In this document: positions 13,020 through 26,597 of the stretch, in pieces
Layout of the letters: each line of letters starts with the position of its first letter
How positions within the stretch are numbered: position 1 is the stretch's first letter
Assembly (NCBI RefSeq): GCF_037042905.1
Contig: NC_087245.1
Location: forward strand, 39,372,001-39,436,000
DNA length: 64,000 nucleotides
Direction: 5' to 3'
Source of the DNA: Lytechinus pictus
Taxonomy: Eukaryota
Notes under the pieces: model-generated
What the model was told of the DNA's origin: nothing
The model's input: the letters and a program-made list of their open reading frames with translations, nothing else
The model's database searches: none
Position numbers and translations under genes: made by a program

Positions 13020-13576
13020 AGGGATGGTCCGGGCTGAAAATATTTATATCTTAATACATAGAGTAGAATTCACTGAGCAAAATGCCGAAAATTTCATCAA
13101 AATCGGATAACAAATAATAAAGTTATTGAAGTTTAAAGTTTAGCAATATCTTGTGAAAACAGTCGTCATGAATATTCATTCGGTGGGCTGATGATGTCAC
13201 ATCTCCACCTTCCGTTTTTTTATGTTATTACATAAAATCATAATTTTTTCTTTATTTCATACTTGTGTGAATAATATGTCTCCCTTATAATGAAGTAAGT
13301 TGCAGCAATAAATATCTAATGCACTAAATCAGTTGTCAATCCAATTTTTCTAGTTCTTGGAGGAAAAATTTGAATAAACCTAATTTCATATAATAAAATA
13401 CAAAAGAACAAGTGGGGATGTGACATCATGACGACTGTTTCCACAAAATATTGCTAAACTTTAAAATTCAATAACTTTGTTATTTGTTATCCGATTTTGA
13501 TGAAATTTTCGGCATTTTGCTCAGGAATTCTACTCTATTTATTAAGCTATAAATACTTTCAGCCCGGACCATCCCT
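13020..13576. mobile_element. Kolobok-like palindromic MITE (TTAA TSD)
   Basis: TTAA|AGGGATGGTCCGGGCTGAAA...CAGCCCGGACCATCCCT|TTAA. Confidence 0.85.
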
Positions 13577-13707
13577 TTAAGGCCAGACAAACCCAGTACA
13601 AAAAACAAGTATACATACACAAATGAATAACCTGATGTAATGTACATATGCTATTATTCAATGTGAGCTTGTAGAAAAGACTTGTAATATTCTTTGAAAG
13701 TATTTAA

Positions 13708-14260
13708 AGGGTTGGTCCTGGCTGAAAATATTTATATCTGAATAAATAGAGTAAAATTCACAAAGCAAAATGCTGAAAATATCATCAAAATCGGATAACA
13801 AATAAGAAAGTTATTGAATTTTAAAGATTATCAATATTGTGTATCTGCACATCGTCATGAATATTCATTAGGTGGGCTGATAATGTCACATCTCCACTTT
13901 CCCTTTTCTTATGTTATTACATGAAATCATAAATGTTTCATTTTTTCATACATGTGTAAATGATGTGTCTCCATTATGATGAAATAAGTTGCGGCAATAA
14001 ATAACTAATGCACTTTGAATAAACCTTATTTCAAATAATAAAATACAAAAGAACAAGTAGGGATATGACATCATCAGCCAACCTAATGAATATTCATAAA
14101 GACATGCCTAGAACTGTTTCACCGGAATAATGCAAATCTTTAACATTCAATAACTCCGTTATTTGTTATCCGATTTTGATCAAATTTTCAGCATTTTTCT
14201 TTGTGAATTTTACTCTATTTATTCAGATATAAATAACATCAGCCTGCATGGACCATCCCT
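13708..14260. mobile_element. Kolobok-like palindromic MITE (TTAA TSD), diverged subfamily
   Basis: TTAA|AGGGTTGGTCC...GGACCATCCCT|TTAA; similar to 13020-13576. Confidence 0.8.
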
Positions 14261-14282
14261 TTAATGAAGGTGAGCTCTTTAA

Positions 14283-14865
14283 AGGGATGGTCCGGGCTGA
14301 AAGTATGTATAGCTTAGTAAATAGATTAGAATTCACTAAGCAAAATGCCGAAAATTTCATCAAAATCGGATGACAAATAACAAAGTTATTGAATTTTAAA
14401 GTTTAGCAATATTTTGTGGAAACAGTCGTCATGAATATTCATTAGGTGGGCTGATGATGTCACATCTCCACTTGTTCTTTTGTATTTTATTATACGAAAT
14501 TAGGTTTATTCAAATTTTTTCCTCCAAGAACTGAAATAATTGGATTGACGACTGATTTAGTGCATTAGATATTTATTGCTGCAACTTATTTCATAATAAG
14601 GGAGACATATTATTCACACAAGTATGAAATAATGAAAAAAATTATGATTTTATGTAACAACATAAGAAAACGGAAAGTGGAGATGTGACATCATCAGCCC
14701 ACCTAATGAATATTCATGCTGACTGTTTTCACAATATACTGCTAAATTTTAAACTTTAATAACTTTATTATTGGTTATCCGATTTTGATGAAATTTTCAG
14801 CATTTTGCTCAGTGAATTCTGCTCTATGTATTAAAATGTAAATATTTTCAGCCCGGACCATCCCT
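14283..14865. mobile_element. Kolobok-like palindromic MITE (TTAA TSD)
   Basis: Same TIRs as 13020-13576, opposite internal orientation. Confidence 0.85.
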
Positions 14866-15161
14866 TTAAGTAGGATGGCGTATCATTCCAAAGCTAGTTT
14901 GAATCATCCATTCACTGCATGTGATCGAGTTTGAAGAAAGCATGTTCTGATTTCATGAATGGGGAGCGTAGATCTTTGTCATGTATTGTGTAGTAAGAAT
15001 GAAAGTAGTCTGCTGTAGAGAACATGTTGTCAAAAATATGTGGTAGAATTTGTTTGGGGTATTTTATACATAAATAAAGCCGTTTTGGTATTTAACAATG
15101 TCTGGAAGTGGCAAAATATTCAGCTGCTTATATAGACATGATATAGAGGGGGTGTGTGAGC

Positions 15162-15560
15162 CAGCGTGGCCAGTGAAAAAAAATCAAATTATGCCAGAGG
15201 AGCAGCGAAATTATGCTAAATCGCGAAAAATTATGCCAAACCGTTTTGGACCCTAGGATTTTCCACAGGGAGGGGGCAAAACCGTCCGCCAAAAAAATTT
15301 GACCAGCAAAAAAAAAAAAAAAAAAAAAAAAGGGCTTCAATCTTCAAATAGATCTAAATTATGCTAAATATGCTATCATTATGCCAGATTCTTTGCTTAA
15401 AAAGTCTAATTATGCCCCAAATTATGCTGAAAGGGGAAAGGGTCGAAATTATGCCAGAAAAAAAGTCTAATTATGCCAGAATTATGCCGGCATAATGAAT
15501 TATGCTGAAAGGGTCGAAATTATGCCAAAAAGCATAATTATGCCAGTTCTGGCAACGTTG
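15162..15560. mobile_element. hAT-like MITE with ATTATGC subrepeats
   Basis: TIRs CAGCGTGGCCAG / CTGGCAACGTTG; 8-bp TSD GTGTGAGC at 15154-15161 and 15561-15568. Confidence 0.8.
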
Positions 15561-16795
15561 GTGTGAGCACAGAAATCTGCATGCGTGAGAATGCGAATGA
15601 CCTTCTTTTGCACAATTGCACACTTTGTATAAATTTATTCAAATTAAAAGAACGAACAAATAATATGAATAAAATGAAGATGTACGTGACTCTTATTTGA
15701 TGTAGTACGTGATTCATATCAAGTCATATCAATTCATATCAAGTCAGCCACAAAGGATTGATTTGTATTGTAATACGACTAATCAAATTTATTGCTTTTA
15801 TTATACTTACAATACCAGAAGAAAACGTAGTCTCTAAAAAAATATCGGCCGATTGATGGAAAATCCTTTGTAACGATTTAGAGGACATGTATTGTCAATG
15901 TTTGTCAACTAAAACAAAATAATTGGAAATGCAAATTATTTGGAACGATTTTTGTAAGTGCATATTCCATCAAATAAGAGACAATTTGTCGAGTATATTT
16001 TGAGAAATTACTAAAGTGAATAGTATATTCCTACTTAATGATTTGCATTGTAGGGTGATATTGAATAATGTATTATATAGTTAGGGTGATGATTATTTTC
16101 AAACAGCCCTTTAATCGGGAATTGTATCCGGACCAGGAACCTCCATTGAGCACCCACATCTATTCGACATCGAAGTCAACGACACGACTACCATTCGTTC
16201 AACGAACAGACTGTTCATCGACTTCGCAAGTCACCGAACCCGGCACGAACTCCTCATCGACGTCGCGAGTCTGCAAACCATGAAGTGTTTCACTTGTTTG
16301 ACAATAGAGGACGAGAGTCGCTAACTCTCGGCGCGAGCTTTATATTTTGGGAAAGTGCCCTTCAGCTTTTTTTTCAAATTTATATGATCACTTTAATGAA
16401 GGTTAATTGAATTAATTGATTGATTGATTCTTTATTTCCATGCAAAAATTAATCATACAACATAAAATATATTGACAATATTTCACGGTAAAATAACAAT
16501 AAACAATCATTGCATGGGAGGGGACAGTCATAAGCACAATTGAATTAATGATTTAAACAACATTGTCAATTTAAGTAAATTAATGAGAGAACGTTGTTGA
16601 TTTATTTCCTTTATGTAAATTCAAATGATAATGTGAGAACATAGACAGTAATTAATATTTTGATTTCACTAATTACAACATATTACTCGACTGAACAGAT
16701 TGTTTGGAACGCGAAGTTTGGACCAGATACAATTGCAAATAATATTGTTTTGGGTTAGTTGACACATATATTGACGCGACTATTCAAGAACTTAC

Positions 16796-16989
16796 CTTCC
16801 TAAAGCTTCATAGCACCAGGCGTAAGGTTCAAAGTAGATCTGAGTTTCCGGCACAAAACTCAGACATTTGGTTAAAATGGTTGACGTTGACCTAGGCGTA
16901 CACCAAAGCATCACTCGAGTCTGGTGCTGGTTGGAATCCGTGGTCGCGGACGAGGTCGACGACGATTTAGGGGACTTTTGATCAGTCAT
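16796..16989 (-). CDS. Duplicate first exon of the sulfotransferase-like gene (alternative exon 1 or orphan)
   Basis: MTDQKSPK...LWCTPRSTST...YEALG, 194 nt, intact phase-2 donor AG|GTAAG; no exon 2 or 3 of its own was found before 5216. Confidence 0.6.
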
Positions 16990-18169
16990 ATTTTACCCCT
17001 TTAGGCCTGACGCAATAGACTTAACAATGAAGGTACTGCCGGGTAAATGGTAAGAACAAAATAAAAGGGGTAACTAGCTGCGTTTACACATGTAATGAAT
17101 TGGACCTCGAGCTCGGGAGACCACACTGTATGCTAAATAGACTGTATAGACTCACTTATTACAAGAAATACAATACTCGAAACTGATATAGGTCTCTAAA
17201 TATGTTTAAACTGAAATTTAATTGCTCACAACATATACACGTAGATGAAAAATTCAATTGAAGTATAGTTATTTATGGCGGTCATAACTAGATGCTTAAA
17301 AAAAACACGCACTTTTCAATGGATATAGACCAGGAGCAAGGAACTGTGAAAAATGGATTCGTTCAACCATGGACCTCCTAGTACCACAGAAAAGGTTTTT
17401 GACCCCATAAGTATGGCCTCTCTAGATCACTGATAGGTAGTAGTCTCAAATTGTGGTATCACTTTTTTATGTAAAATAGCAAAAAAATGAAAAAAATCAA
17501 TAACCTTTAGGGGGACGGTAAACTGTAAGTTGCCATATCTCCGCATGTATATAAATGCGTCATTGATGTCGAAATGTTGCTGGATGATAGCTCTAACGTT
17601 ATAGCAACATTTAAAATTAAATTCAGTTATCAAACTCTCAGAATAGGAATACACTCATGACCAATGTCCAATTCCATTTCAAGTAGATATGAAAAAAAAT
17701 GAGACGATAAAAGAGTTAGCAACTCTCGTCCTCTATTGTCAAACAAGTGAAACAGTTCATGGTTTGCAGACTCGCTACGTCGATGAAGAGTTCGTGTCGG
17801 GTTCGGTGATTTTTATATGCTATGTAACTACAAGAATATTTATTAGAAGGCTGCACTCTACAAGCTCCGCTTTTTAGCAGCCTCCTCCATTTCCAACCTG
17901 ATATGTAATAATCTTGAATATAATTTTTGTACAGGGATACTTGAAACAAGTTTTGTTATTTATATGTCAAAATGTACAAAACAAACTGTAATTGTTGAAA
18001 ATGGAAATAAACAAAATGAAATAGTTTTATGTTACACATGTGGTGCTCTAAAAAATTATCGTGGGATTACTATGCGTTATAAAAAAATGAAGATTTTTGC
18101 AATATTCATCTCGAGGGTCCATACTAACTACCTATGGTGTCAAACTCCTTAAATGGTGCCAGGTAAAAA

Positions 18170-18565
18170 AAAATGGCAGAGGTAAAAATGGCAGAGGTAA
18201 AATGGCAGAGGAAAATATGGCTTAGGTAAAGATGGCGGAGGTAAAAATGGCAGAGGTAAAAATGGCAGAGGTAATAATGTCAGAGGTAAAAATGGCAGCG
18301 GTAAAAATGGCAGAGATAAAGATGACAGAGGTAATAATGGCAGAGGTAAAAATGGCAGAGGTAAAAATAGCAGAGGTAAAAATGGCAGAGGTAAAAATAG
18401 CAGAGGTAAAAATGGCAGAGGTAAAGATAGCAGCGGTAAAAATGGCAGAGATAAAGATGGCAGAGGTAATAATGGCAGAGGTAAAAATGGCAGATAAGAA
18501 GGGCAGATGTAATAACGGCAGAGGTATATAAGGCAGAGACAAAAATGACAGAGGTAAAGATGACA
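18170..18565. repeat. 15-bp minisatellite (GGCAGAGGTAAAAAT)n, about 26 units
   Basis: Direct tandem repeat; it explains the low-complexity ORFs here. Confidence 0.9.
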
Positions 18566-19076
18566 TGCTTCATCAACAAGGAAAAGAGGGAGAGAGACTT
18601 TTGACCTTGAACGGATTCTAGTCGACGAAAACACGAAATGAGCTATATGAATTAATTAAATATTATTTGTGTTGTTTTTCATCATTATTAGGTCTATAAT
18701 ATAATCTCTTTCCGTCCAATATCACATAGATCAAGTGAGCATATCAGCTATCTGATCCCAAAAATCTTGACATAGATTTCATCTTTTATTTACATCATTC
18801 GTTGAATCGAGGTATGTAATCTGAGAGTGAACTTACCCAGTTGCTACACTTGATGTCTGTTTCCGAAAATATGCTGTGATTTACTCTGGAATGAATCTAT
18901 GGATACTGAACTGACATGGTAATATTTTTCTTCAGTCCCAGTAACTTTATTTTGTGTCGGTACATAGCCATAGACTTTGCAGTGCCCTCAATATTTGACT
19001 TTGATTTGAAGCGATTATCTGCTGTCATTGAAAGGATCTACAATCAGTCTCATCATATTATTATTGTATCTTCATA

Positions 19077-19928
19077 ATGCCAAGGCCATCTGTTTCCACT
19101 ATCTTAAAAGATATTGTTGAAAGTGATGACTTTCTTAAAGCAATAAGTGATGCTGTTGAAAGAAAACTCGATGAAATATTAGCAAGAATAGATAAACAAG
19201 ATAATCGTATAGCGGCCCTTGAATCCGAGTCAAAGAAGACAGGCAAATCGATAGCTGGACTTCAATCGCAAATTCTGAAAAATAACCAGAGTATCATAGA
19301 ACGGTGTGAGCAATTAGAATCCACAAACATGGACCTTCTCAATGCAAGCGACTCTCGTGTGAGTCACATAGCATCTCTTGAAGAAAAAGTGAAAATGAAG
19401 AGTAATGAAGTTGAGAGACTAAAAAAAGAAATGAATGATCTTGAGCAATACTCACGAAGGTCATGCCTGAGGATAGTTGGTGTGGAAGAGGAACTGAAAG
19501 GAGAAAACACTGACCAAATTGAGTTGAATGTGGCCCATCGTATTGGAGTGAAACTTGATGTCAACGATATTGATCGCAGTCATTGGATCAAAAAGAGACA
19601 ACCATCTGTGAGTAGACCAACCTCTGCGTCAGCAACCGTTGGAACGAATCAAGAGAAGAGAAAGAGTAGCAAGAAATGTAGTATAATCGTTAAATTATGC
19701 TCCTATAGAAGTCGTCAGCAGCTCTTTGTTAATCGACGTAAACTGAAAAGTAGCGGGATTTCAATACATGAAGACTTAACTTCTCCAAACTTCAACCTTC
19801 TCCTAAGCGCCCACAAGAATGAGAAGATCAGCGCAGCGTGGTCTATGGACGGACGCATTTTTGGTTCACTTAAATCTACTGGAAAGAAGCATCTTATCAA
19901 GAGCCCAGAAGACCTGATGCTTTTGTAA
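19077..19928 (+). CDS. LINE ORF1p (coiled coil + RRM-like), 283 aa
   Basis: Coiled coil followed by DLEQYSRRSCLRIVGV, DIDRSH, IIVKL, IHEDLT and AWSMDGRIF, typical ORF1 motifs. Confidence 0.85.
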   Translation: MPRPSVSTILKDIVESDDFLKAISDAVERKLDEILARIDKQDNRIAALESESKKTGKSIAGLQSQILKNNQSIIERCEQLESTNMDLLNASDSRVSHIASLEEKVKMKSNEVERLKKEMNDLEQYSRRSCLRIVGVEEELKGENTDQIELNVAHRIGVKLDVNDIDRSHWIKKRQPSVSRPTSASATVGTNQEKRKSSKKCSIIVKLCSYRSRQQLFVNRRKLKSSGISIHEDLTSPNFNLLLSAHKNEKISAAWSMDGRIFGSLKSTGKKHLIKSPEDLMLL

Positions 19929-20332
19929 ATATTTAATTGAACAATTTCTTCAGACAATACTCCTGATGCTTACCTTTACCTTATATACGAGATCTGTGCT
20001 ACTTAAAACGTGGATTCGTGTTTCCATTTAGCATCAAGGCATCTTGTGTGTAGCAGTTTACTGTGCCCTTATATCTTATATCTTTTTATAGACTTTACCT
20101 TTTCTTGGTGTGTACATTTCACGTACGTGTGGTTGGTTTTTCCCAACTTATGTACATTTATTGATTTTTTCCCGGCCCCAGTGTAGATTTCCTAACTAGA
20201 ACTTTTTACAAGGTTCTTAGCAGACTGTAACTTACAGTTTCATGCAAGTGATACTTTGTGTGTGTTTGTATATGTGAATGTGGTTTTGATTTTGTGTTCC
20301 TATTTCTTTTCTTTTCTATTTTACATTAAGAT

Positions 20333-23300
20333 ATGCTCAATTGTTGCAAACTATGTAAAAAAAACTCAGTGTAATTCTGTTACTTTCTGTACTCAGTGTA
20401 ATGCTGAGTTATTCCCATTTAACAAGTGTGTATCAGACGATGAATTTCTCTGGAACTTATATAGTTATTTTGAACTAGATGAAAATATAGATATTGATAA
20501 ATTACAATCTCTGAAAATTAACCCTTTTGAAATGAATAATGATCTTGCTATTTCTGATCTGACGACTATTTTCCAGATCGCAACTGTAAGTATTTTTTTT
20601 CAGAAGAATTTAAAACAAAATACCAGGATTCTAATAATAAATTTTCAATTTTGAATTTAAACGCTCGAAGTCTTCCGAGAAATTTTGACGAGTTGCAGTT
20701 GTTATTAAAACATTTAAACCATGCATTTACGGTTATAGGAATATCTGAAACATGGTTCAGGGAAAGTACTGTTGTTGACATGTTCTCATTGGATAATTAT
20801 TCTCTTGTCAACATCAATAGAACTTGTAAATATGGTGGTGGGGTTGCCATTTATGTCAATAATTCCTCTGAGTTTACAGTACGCACAGAATTTTGTGAAA
20901 GCACTTCTCCTCATGAAGCGGTGTTCATTGAATTACCACAAGATAAAGATAAAACAATCGTTGTAGGCTGTGTCTATAGGCCCCCAAACTCAGATATTAC
21001 AGAATTTACTGAGACAATTGATGATTATTTGCAAAAACTGTGTAACGAAAATAAAGAAATTTACCTTCTTGGGGATTTCAATATAAATCTTTTAAATTAT
21101 TCTTTTGAAACCAAAACAAATGATTTCTTGAACTCCATGTATTCTCACTGCATGTTTCCTCTAATTACCAAACCATCTCGCATCACCCCTAATACAGCTA
21201 CGCTTATTGACAATATTTTTACCAACTCCTTACAAAATGACATTCGAAGTGGACTGATTTATTCAGATATATCAGACCACCTTCCTGTATGGTGTGTGAG
21301 CAATAGCCAGATTATTGAATGTGTTAATGGCAACACCTCAACCAGTGGTCGGCTTATTACACATGAGCGACTCTTAGAATTTAAACACAAACTATTGAAT
21401 GTTGATTGGACTCCTGTTAATAGCAATACTGATGCAAACAAATCGTATGATTTATTTATACATTTATTTTCCAAGTTGTATAATGATTGTTTTCCTGTTG
21501 TTCAGAGGCACAACTATAAATTGAAGGGTAAAAGACCATGGATCACACCTGGTATACTTAAATCAATTAACGTCAAACAGAAATTATATCATAAATATTT
21601 GAAGAAATCTGTTAGTAAGAAAAAATATGTCTCATACAAAAATATACTTACTACTATTATCAGATCGTCTAAAAAGAGATATTTTCATAACATGTTTTAT
21701 AAGATCAAAGGTGACATGAAAAAAACTTGGAATAATATCAATGGATTATTGGGGAAGAGGCGACAAAATATACCACTTAAAATGTATAATGATAATGTTC
21801 ATATGTCCTCACCTCATGTGATCGCAGATTCCTTTAACCATTACTTTGTCAACATTGCTGAAAGAATTTCACATAATATACCTACCTCTTCTCACATATT
21901 TCATGACTTCTTGCCCGTAAGAGCTACTCTTCATTATTCCTAAAACCTACATCTATTCATGAAATTCTAAAAATTGTCTCTTCTATGAAATCATCAAAAG
22001 CTAGTGGGTTTGATGACTTGACCCCCAGAGTTCTTAAGGACTCAATTCATTTATTTGTTGAACAACTTTGTGCAATATTTAATAAATCCTTATCACAAGG
22101 GATTGTTCCTGACAAATTAAAAATATCCAAAATAATACCTGTTTACAAAAAAGATAATTGTCAAATAGTGGATAATTATAGACCCATATCACTATTACCA
22201 TTTTTTTCGAAAATTTTAGAAAAAATTATTCACAAAAGATTATATTCCCACCTTCAAGCAAATGATATCCTCATACCAGAGCAATTTGGATTTCGTGAAA
22301 ATTTTTCAACTTTCATGGGTGTTTTAAACATTGTAAATTTTATATCACAAAAAATTGATGATGGCAATTACTGTCTTGGTTTATTCATGGATCTGTCAAA
22401 AGCTTTTGACACCATTGACCATGACATACTCTTACGTAAACTGAATGCTTATGGTGTCAGAGGGTTAGCATGAGATTGGTTCAAACATTATTTGCATAAC
22501 AGATATCAGTATGTCATAGTCAATGGTGTCCAATCACAGCGTAAACTTATCAAATATGGAATTCCGCAAGGCTCTATTCTCGGGCCCCTCCTGTTCCTCG
22601 TATACATAAATGATATTAAAAATTCTTCAAAATTATTCCATTATTCATTATTTGCTGATGACACTTGTATTATAAATTCTCACAAGAATATTTATGATTT
22701 AATATCTATTACTAATAAAGAAGTTAACAAATTGTATGATTGGTTCTGTTGTAATAAACTTTCTTTGAATTTTGATAAAACTAAATTTATTATTTTCAGA
22801 ACAAGGAACAGGAGGGTTCCAAGCGACCTCTCAAATCTTACTATTGGTGGTCATGATATATCACGTGTTGAAAATATTCAATTTTTAGGTATTACAGTTA
22901 ATGAATACCTCTCTTGGAAACCACATATTAACAATGTGTGTAATAAAGTTTCGAGGTCTATAGGAATCATTTCAAAGCTAAAATTCATATTGCCTAAAAA
23001 CATACTTATTACTTTGTATTATAGCCTAATCTTGCCTCACTTAACATACTGCAACTCAGTTTGGGGACATACTTTCAAAAGTCATCTATCTAAATTATCA
23101 ATACTCCAGAAAAAATCAATAAGACTTATTTCATCATCTCCATATAACTGTCCAAGTATGCCATTGTTTATCAAAATGAATATTTTACCTTTATCTGATC
23201 TCATTTCTATGGATTCCCTTATTTTCATGTATAAATACAAATCTGGAATTTTGCCAAAGATATTTGATAATATGTTTACTCTTAACTCAACAGTATATGA

Positions 23301-23490
23301 TTATAACACGCGTCAATGTAAATTATTTTATCAACCCAAGGTCTCCTCTTCCATGGTCTTAAATTCATTCCGTGTGCAATATATCAAATTGTGGAATAGC
23401 CTTGACCACTCTACTCAACAAAGTTCAACACTTTCCAAATTCAAACTCTCTTTAAAAAGACTATACTTTACTAAAATGAATTCATACTGA
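20333..23490 (+). pseudogene. LINE ORF2 (Cys-rich leader, AP endonuclease, reverse transcriptase), disrupted
   Basis: APE motifs NARSL, GISETW, YRPPNS, GDFNIN, IDNIF, SDHLPV; RT motifs YRPISLL, DLSKAFDT, GIPQGSILGP, FADDT. Frameshifts near 20360, 20560 and 21920, and an in-frame TGA at 22471-22473. Confidence 0.9.
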
Positions 23491-23790
23491 GTTACAATGT
23501 ATTATCTATATGATGTTAAATTCTCATTCTCTTTTCTTTTATTGTGAATGGTTTTTATCATGACTCTTTCCTTTCTACCTCTTCCACCTTCTCTGTCTCC
23601 CCTCTCTTTCTGTTTCTCTCTCTCTAATTTATGTGTATGCATATGTGTGTGTGTTTTATTGTTACATATGTATTTTTAATGTATAATTTGTATTATGTTA
23701 TAATGTATAACCTGTATTATAATGTTTACCCTAAATGTTTATGTTGGGACCCTGCTTACAAGCACTGTGCTTATTAAGGGTTTCCCTCCA

Positions 23791-24731
23791 TTTTTGTCTC
23801 ACCTGCATAGCAGAGTGAGACTATAGGCGCCGCTTTTCCGACGGCGACGGCGGCGGCGGCGTCAACACCAAATCTTAACCTGAGGTTAAGTTTTTGAAAT
23901 GACAGCATAACTTAGAAAGTATATGGACCTAGTTCATGAAACTTGGCCATAAAGTTAATCAAGTATTACTGAACATCCTGCCTGAGTTTCATGTCACATG
24001 ACCAAGGTCAAAGGTCATTTAGGGTCAATGAACTTAGACCATGTTGGGGGAATCAACATCAAAATCTTAACCTAAGGTTAAGTTTTTGAAATGTCATCAT
24101 AAATTAGAAAATATATGGACCTAGTTCATGAAACTTATACATAAGGTTAATCAAGTATCACTGAACATCCTGCATGAGTTTCACGACACATGACCAAGGT
24201 CAAAGGTCATTTAGGGTCAATGAACTTTGGCCGAATTGGGGGTATCTGTTGAATTACCATCATAACTTTGAAAGTTTATGGATCTGATTCATGAAACTTG
24301 GACATAATAGTAATCAAGTATTACTGAACATCCTGTGCAAGTTTCAGGTCACATGATCAAGGTCAAAGGTCATTTAGGGTCAATGAACTTTGGCCAAATT
24401 GGGGTATTTGTTGAATTACAGCCATAAATTTGAAAGTGTGTTGGTCTAGTTCATAAAACTTGGACATAAGAGTAATCAAGTATCACTGAACATCCTGTGC
24501 GAGTTTCAGGTCACATGATCAAGGTCAAAGAACTTTGGCCACGTTGGGGGTATTTGTTGAATTGCCATCATATCTCTATAAGTATATTGGTCTAATTCAT
24601 AAAACGTGGAAATACGAGTAACCAAGTATCACTGAACATCTTGTGCGAGTTATAGTAGTTTTCAAAATCAGCACTGCTGCTATATTGAATCGCGTGATGC
24701 AGGTGAGACGGCCAGAGGCATTCCACTTGTT
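23791..24731 (+). mobile_element. Helentron-associated non-autonomous element (HINE/DINE-1/pearl-like) with ~179-bp internal tandem repeats
   Basis: Begins in a T-run; subterminal IRs GTCTCACCTGCAT (23796) / ATGCAGGTGAGAC (24697-24709); (CGG)n tract; 4-5 tandem core repeats; ends CACTTGTT; no TSD. Confidence 0.7.
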
Positions 24732-25722
24732 AAACTATGTATCGGTATTTTATGTCATATTTTTTATGTACACTGATTTTTAAAGATGGTGAATAAATTG
24801 AAATTGAAATTGAAATATTATTTATCGTTGATGTGATTAAACTCACACATTTTCTTGCCAAAATGATTTCAATTACTGAGTGATGAAAGGATTTATCTCG
24901 GGATAATGTAGAACCACTTGCATTACTTGGATAGCAGAAAAATAACAAACATTCTGTAATGAAAGTAATTTTCTTTCTACATTAATGGATCCGAATAGAT
25001 ATTGATATAATACGTATAGTTTAATGTAAATGATGCAATTGTAGCAATTATTACAGTGTTTTAGAGCAACACCTCATTGCAGTTCGTCCAAGTAGATGTC
25101 AAACTGGTTCCCAAACTATAGTTTCCATGGTAACGGTTACCGTATGAATTTGGAAATGTGTAACGAATCAAATCTATGGGTGTTTCTTAGGTACCGTACG
25201 TTCTATCTACCTGCATTTTTAAAGGGGAGGTTCGCCCTGACGAACTAAAAATAGCCGACAAAAATATATACAACGCAGGTCAGTCGCTAAGTCTGCGCAT
25301 CAGTTATATTTGTTGAACATTTTTCTACTTATAAACGAAAAAGAAGGAGCAAAGAAAAGATGAAAGGAAAGGGGATTGTATATGATATTTCAAAAATCTA
25401 TCACAAAATCATATTTTTGTTTTAAAAAGATTTCAAAAATATACTCTCCTGCTTCGCTCTCACGCAGCTATTCAGAATATTTGTCACCGTCCTTCATGTA
25501 GTTATGGTATGGCCCCTCCAAAATTTTGGGCTCAGAACGCTTCTGGTGCCCGTTGCAGAAAGAGTTGCGTTTAAAAGCAAGCCAAAAAATCAATCGCAAG
25601 TCACAAATGCGCGCTGTTGATTGGTTGAAAATCAAGTTGCGCATCATTTTTTAGTTACGATTGATTGCAAATGACCGGGGGGAGGCTGGTATGAAACTTG
25701 GATGAAGTAATTGTAAAAATTT

Positions 25723-25780
25723 TACCGAAACCCGGGACAGTTCATATCTTCGTATGGTTTTGAACCAGAGACCTTCAGAA

Positions 25781-25812
<32 letters not shown>

Positions 25813-25817
25813 TCGGC
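25723..25817 (-). tRNA. trnF-GAA: tRNA-Phe(GAA) with T-loop insertion, four exon substitutions (possible pseudogene)
   Basis: 95 nt; A38T, C49T, C67T, C72T relative to the consensus. Confidence 0.6.
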
Positions 25818-26273
25818 ATCTGAAAGCTATTTGTATAACTATGGATTATCAAGGGTGCTTTCTATTCAGAATAACTAACATGATATGGATGGAAGGTTTG
25901 ATTATGTCATTGAAAGAAATCGTTTTCCATGGCTGTATCTTGAGAAGAATTTCGATGAAGAGGAATTTATCAATGGCAGAATGTGGAGGGCGTGAGGGAG
26001 GGTCGAAGCTTGAGCTTACAAGCCAAAATATTTGCTTTATGATACAGAATTGAGCAACAGCCAAATAAAAGCCAATTGCTGCTTTCAGCATCTGACCCAC
26101 TGAATTAGAATAAAGGCCCGATGGCTCGTTTGAATTGTTTTGGTTTTGTGGGGGCGTAGGTGGTGTTGAATTAATGGCAACGACACCATCAATACAAACC
26201 CTCCAATTCATGTCCTGAACCCTGAATAGAAAGCCTCCTTGATAATCCATAGGTTTACAGGATGTTTCCAGAT

Positions 26274-26278
26274 GCCGA

Positions 26279-26329
<51 letters not shown>

Positions 26330-26368
26330 AAAATCATACAAAGATATGAACTGTCCCGGGTCTCGGCA
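26274..26368 (+). tRNA. trnF-GAA: tRNA-Phe(GAA) with 22-nt T-loop insertion
   Basis: Consensus exons; insert AATCATACAAAGATATGAACTG. Confidence 0.85.
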
Positions 26369-26560
26369 GAAATTTTGTCACGATTTTTATTTCTCAAATC
26401 AAAATCTCTCAGCCAAAATTTCACTTAACGACACGACTTAGCATACTTTCTATTAAAAAATTCTTCCTTTTATAAGGATTTTTTTATTGACATTGTAGAT
26501 CGACTGGGAATATATATAGGGAAATTAAGATGCCAACATAGATGAGTTTCTTAACATTGA

Positions 26561-26597
<37 letters not shown>

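Larger units (their letters stand above)
13620..15130 (-). pseudogene. Decayed 3' end of a CR1/L2-type LINE ORF2, split by two TTAA MITEs
   Basis: The minus strand reads, with frameshifts, ILPLPDIVKYQ..FMYK..LPHIFDNMF..HSY..LWN. It resumes as LKSSPSL between the MITEs and as TFKEYYKSFLQ after them, resembling the C-terminus of 22492-23490. Confidence 0.55.
18570..24815 (+). mobile_element. Near-full-length CR1/L2-group (Crack-like) LINE, inactivated
   Basis: ORF1 plus APE-RT ORF2; 3' UTR stem-loop near 23746-23790; (TTGAAA)n-type tail at ~24795-24815 beyond the HINE insertion. The 5' boundary is approximate. Confidence 0.8.

Noticed and set aside
18149..18634. Pentapeptide-repeat ORFs (MAEVK)n
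   Set aside because: A by-product of a 15-bp minisatellite that is open in several frames.
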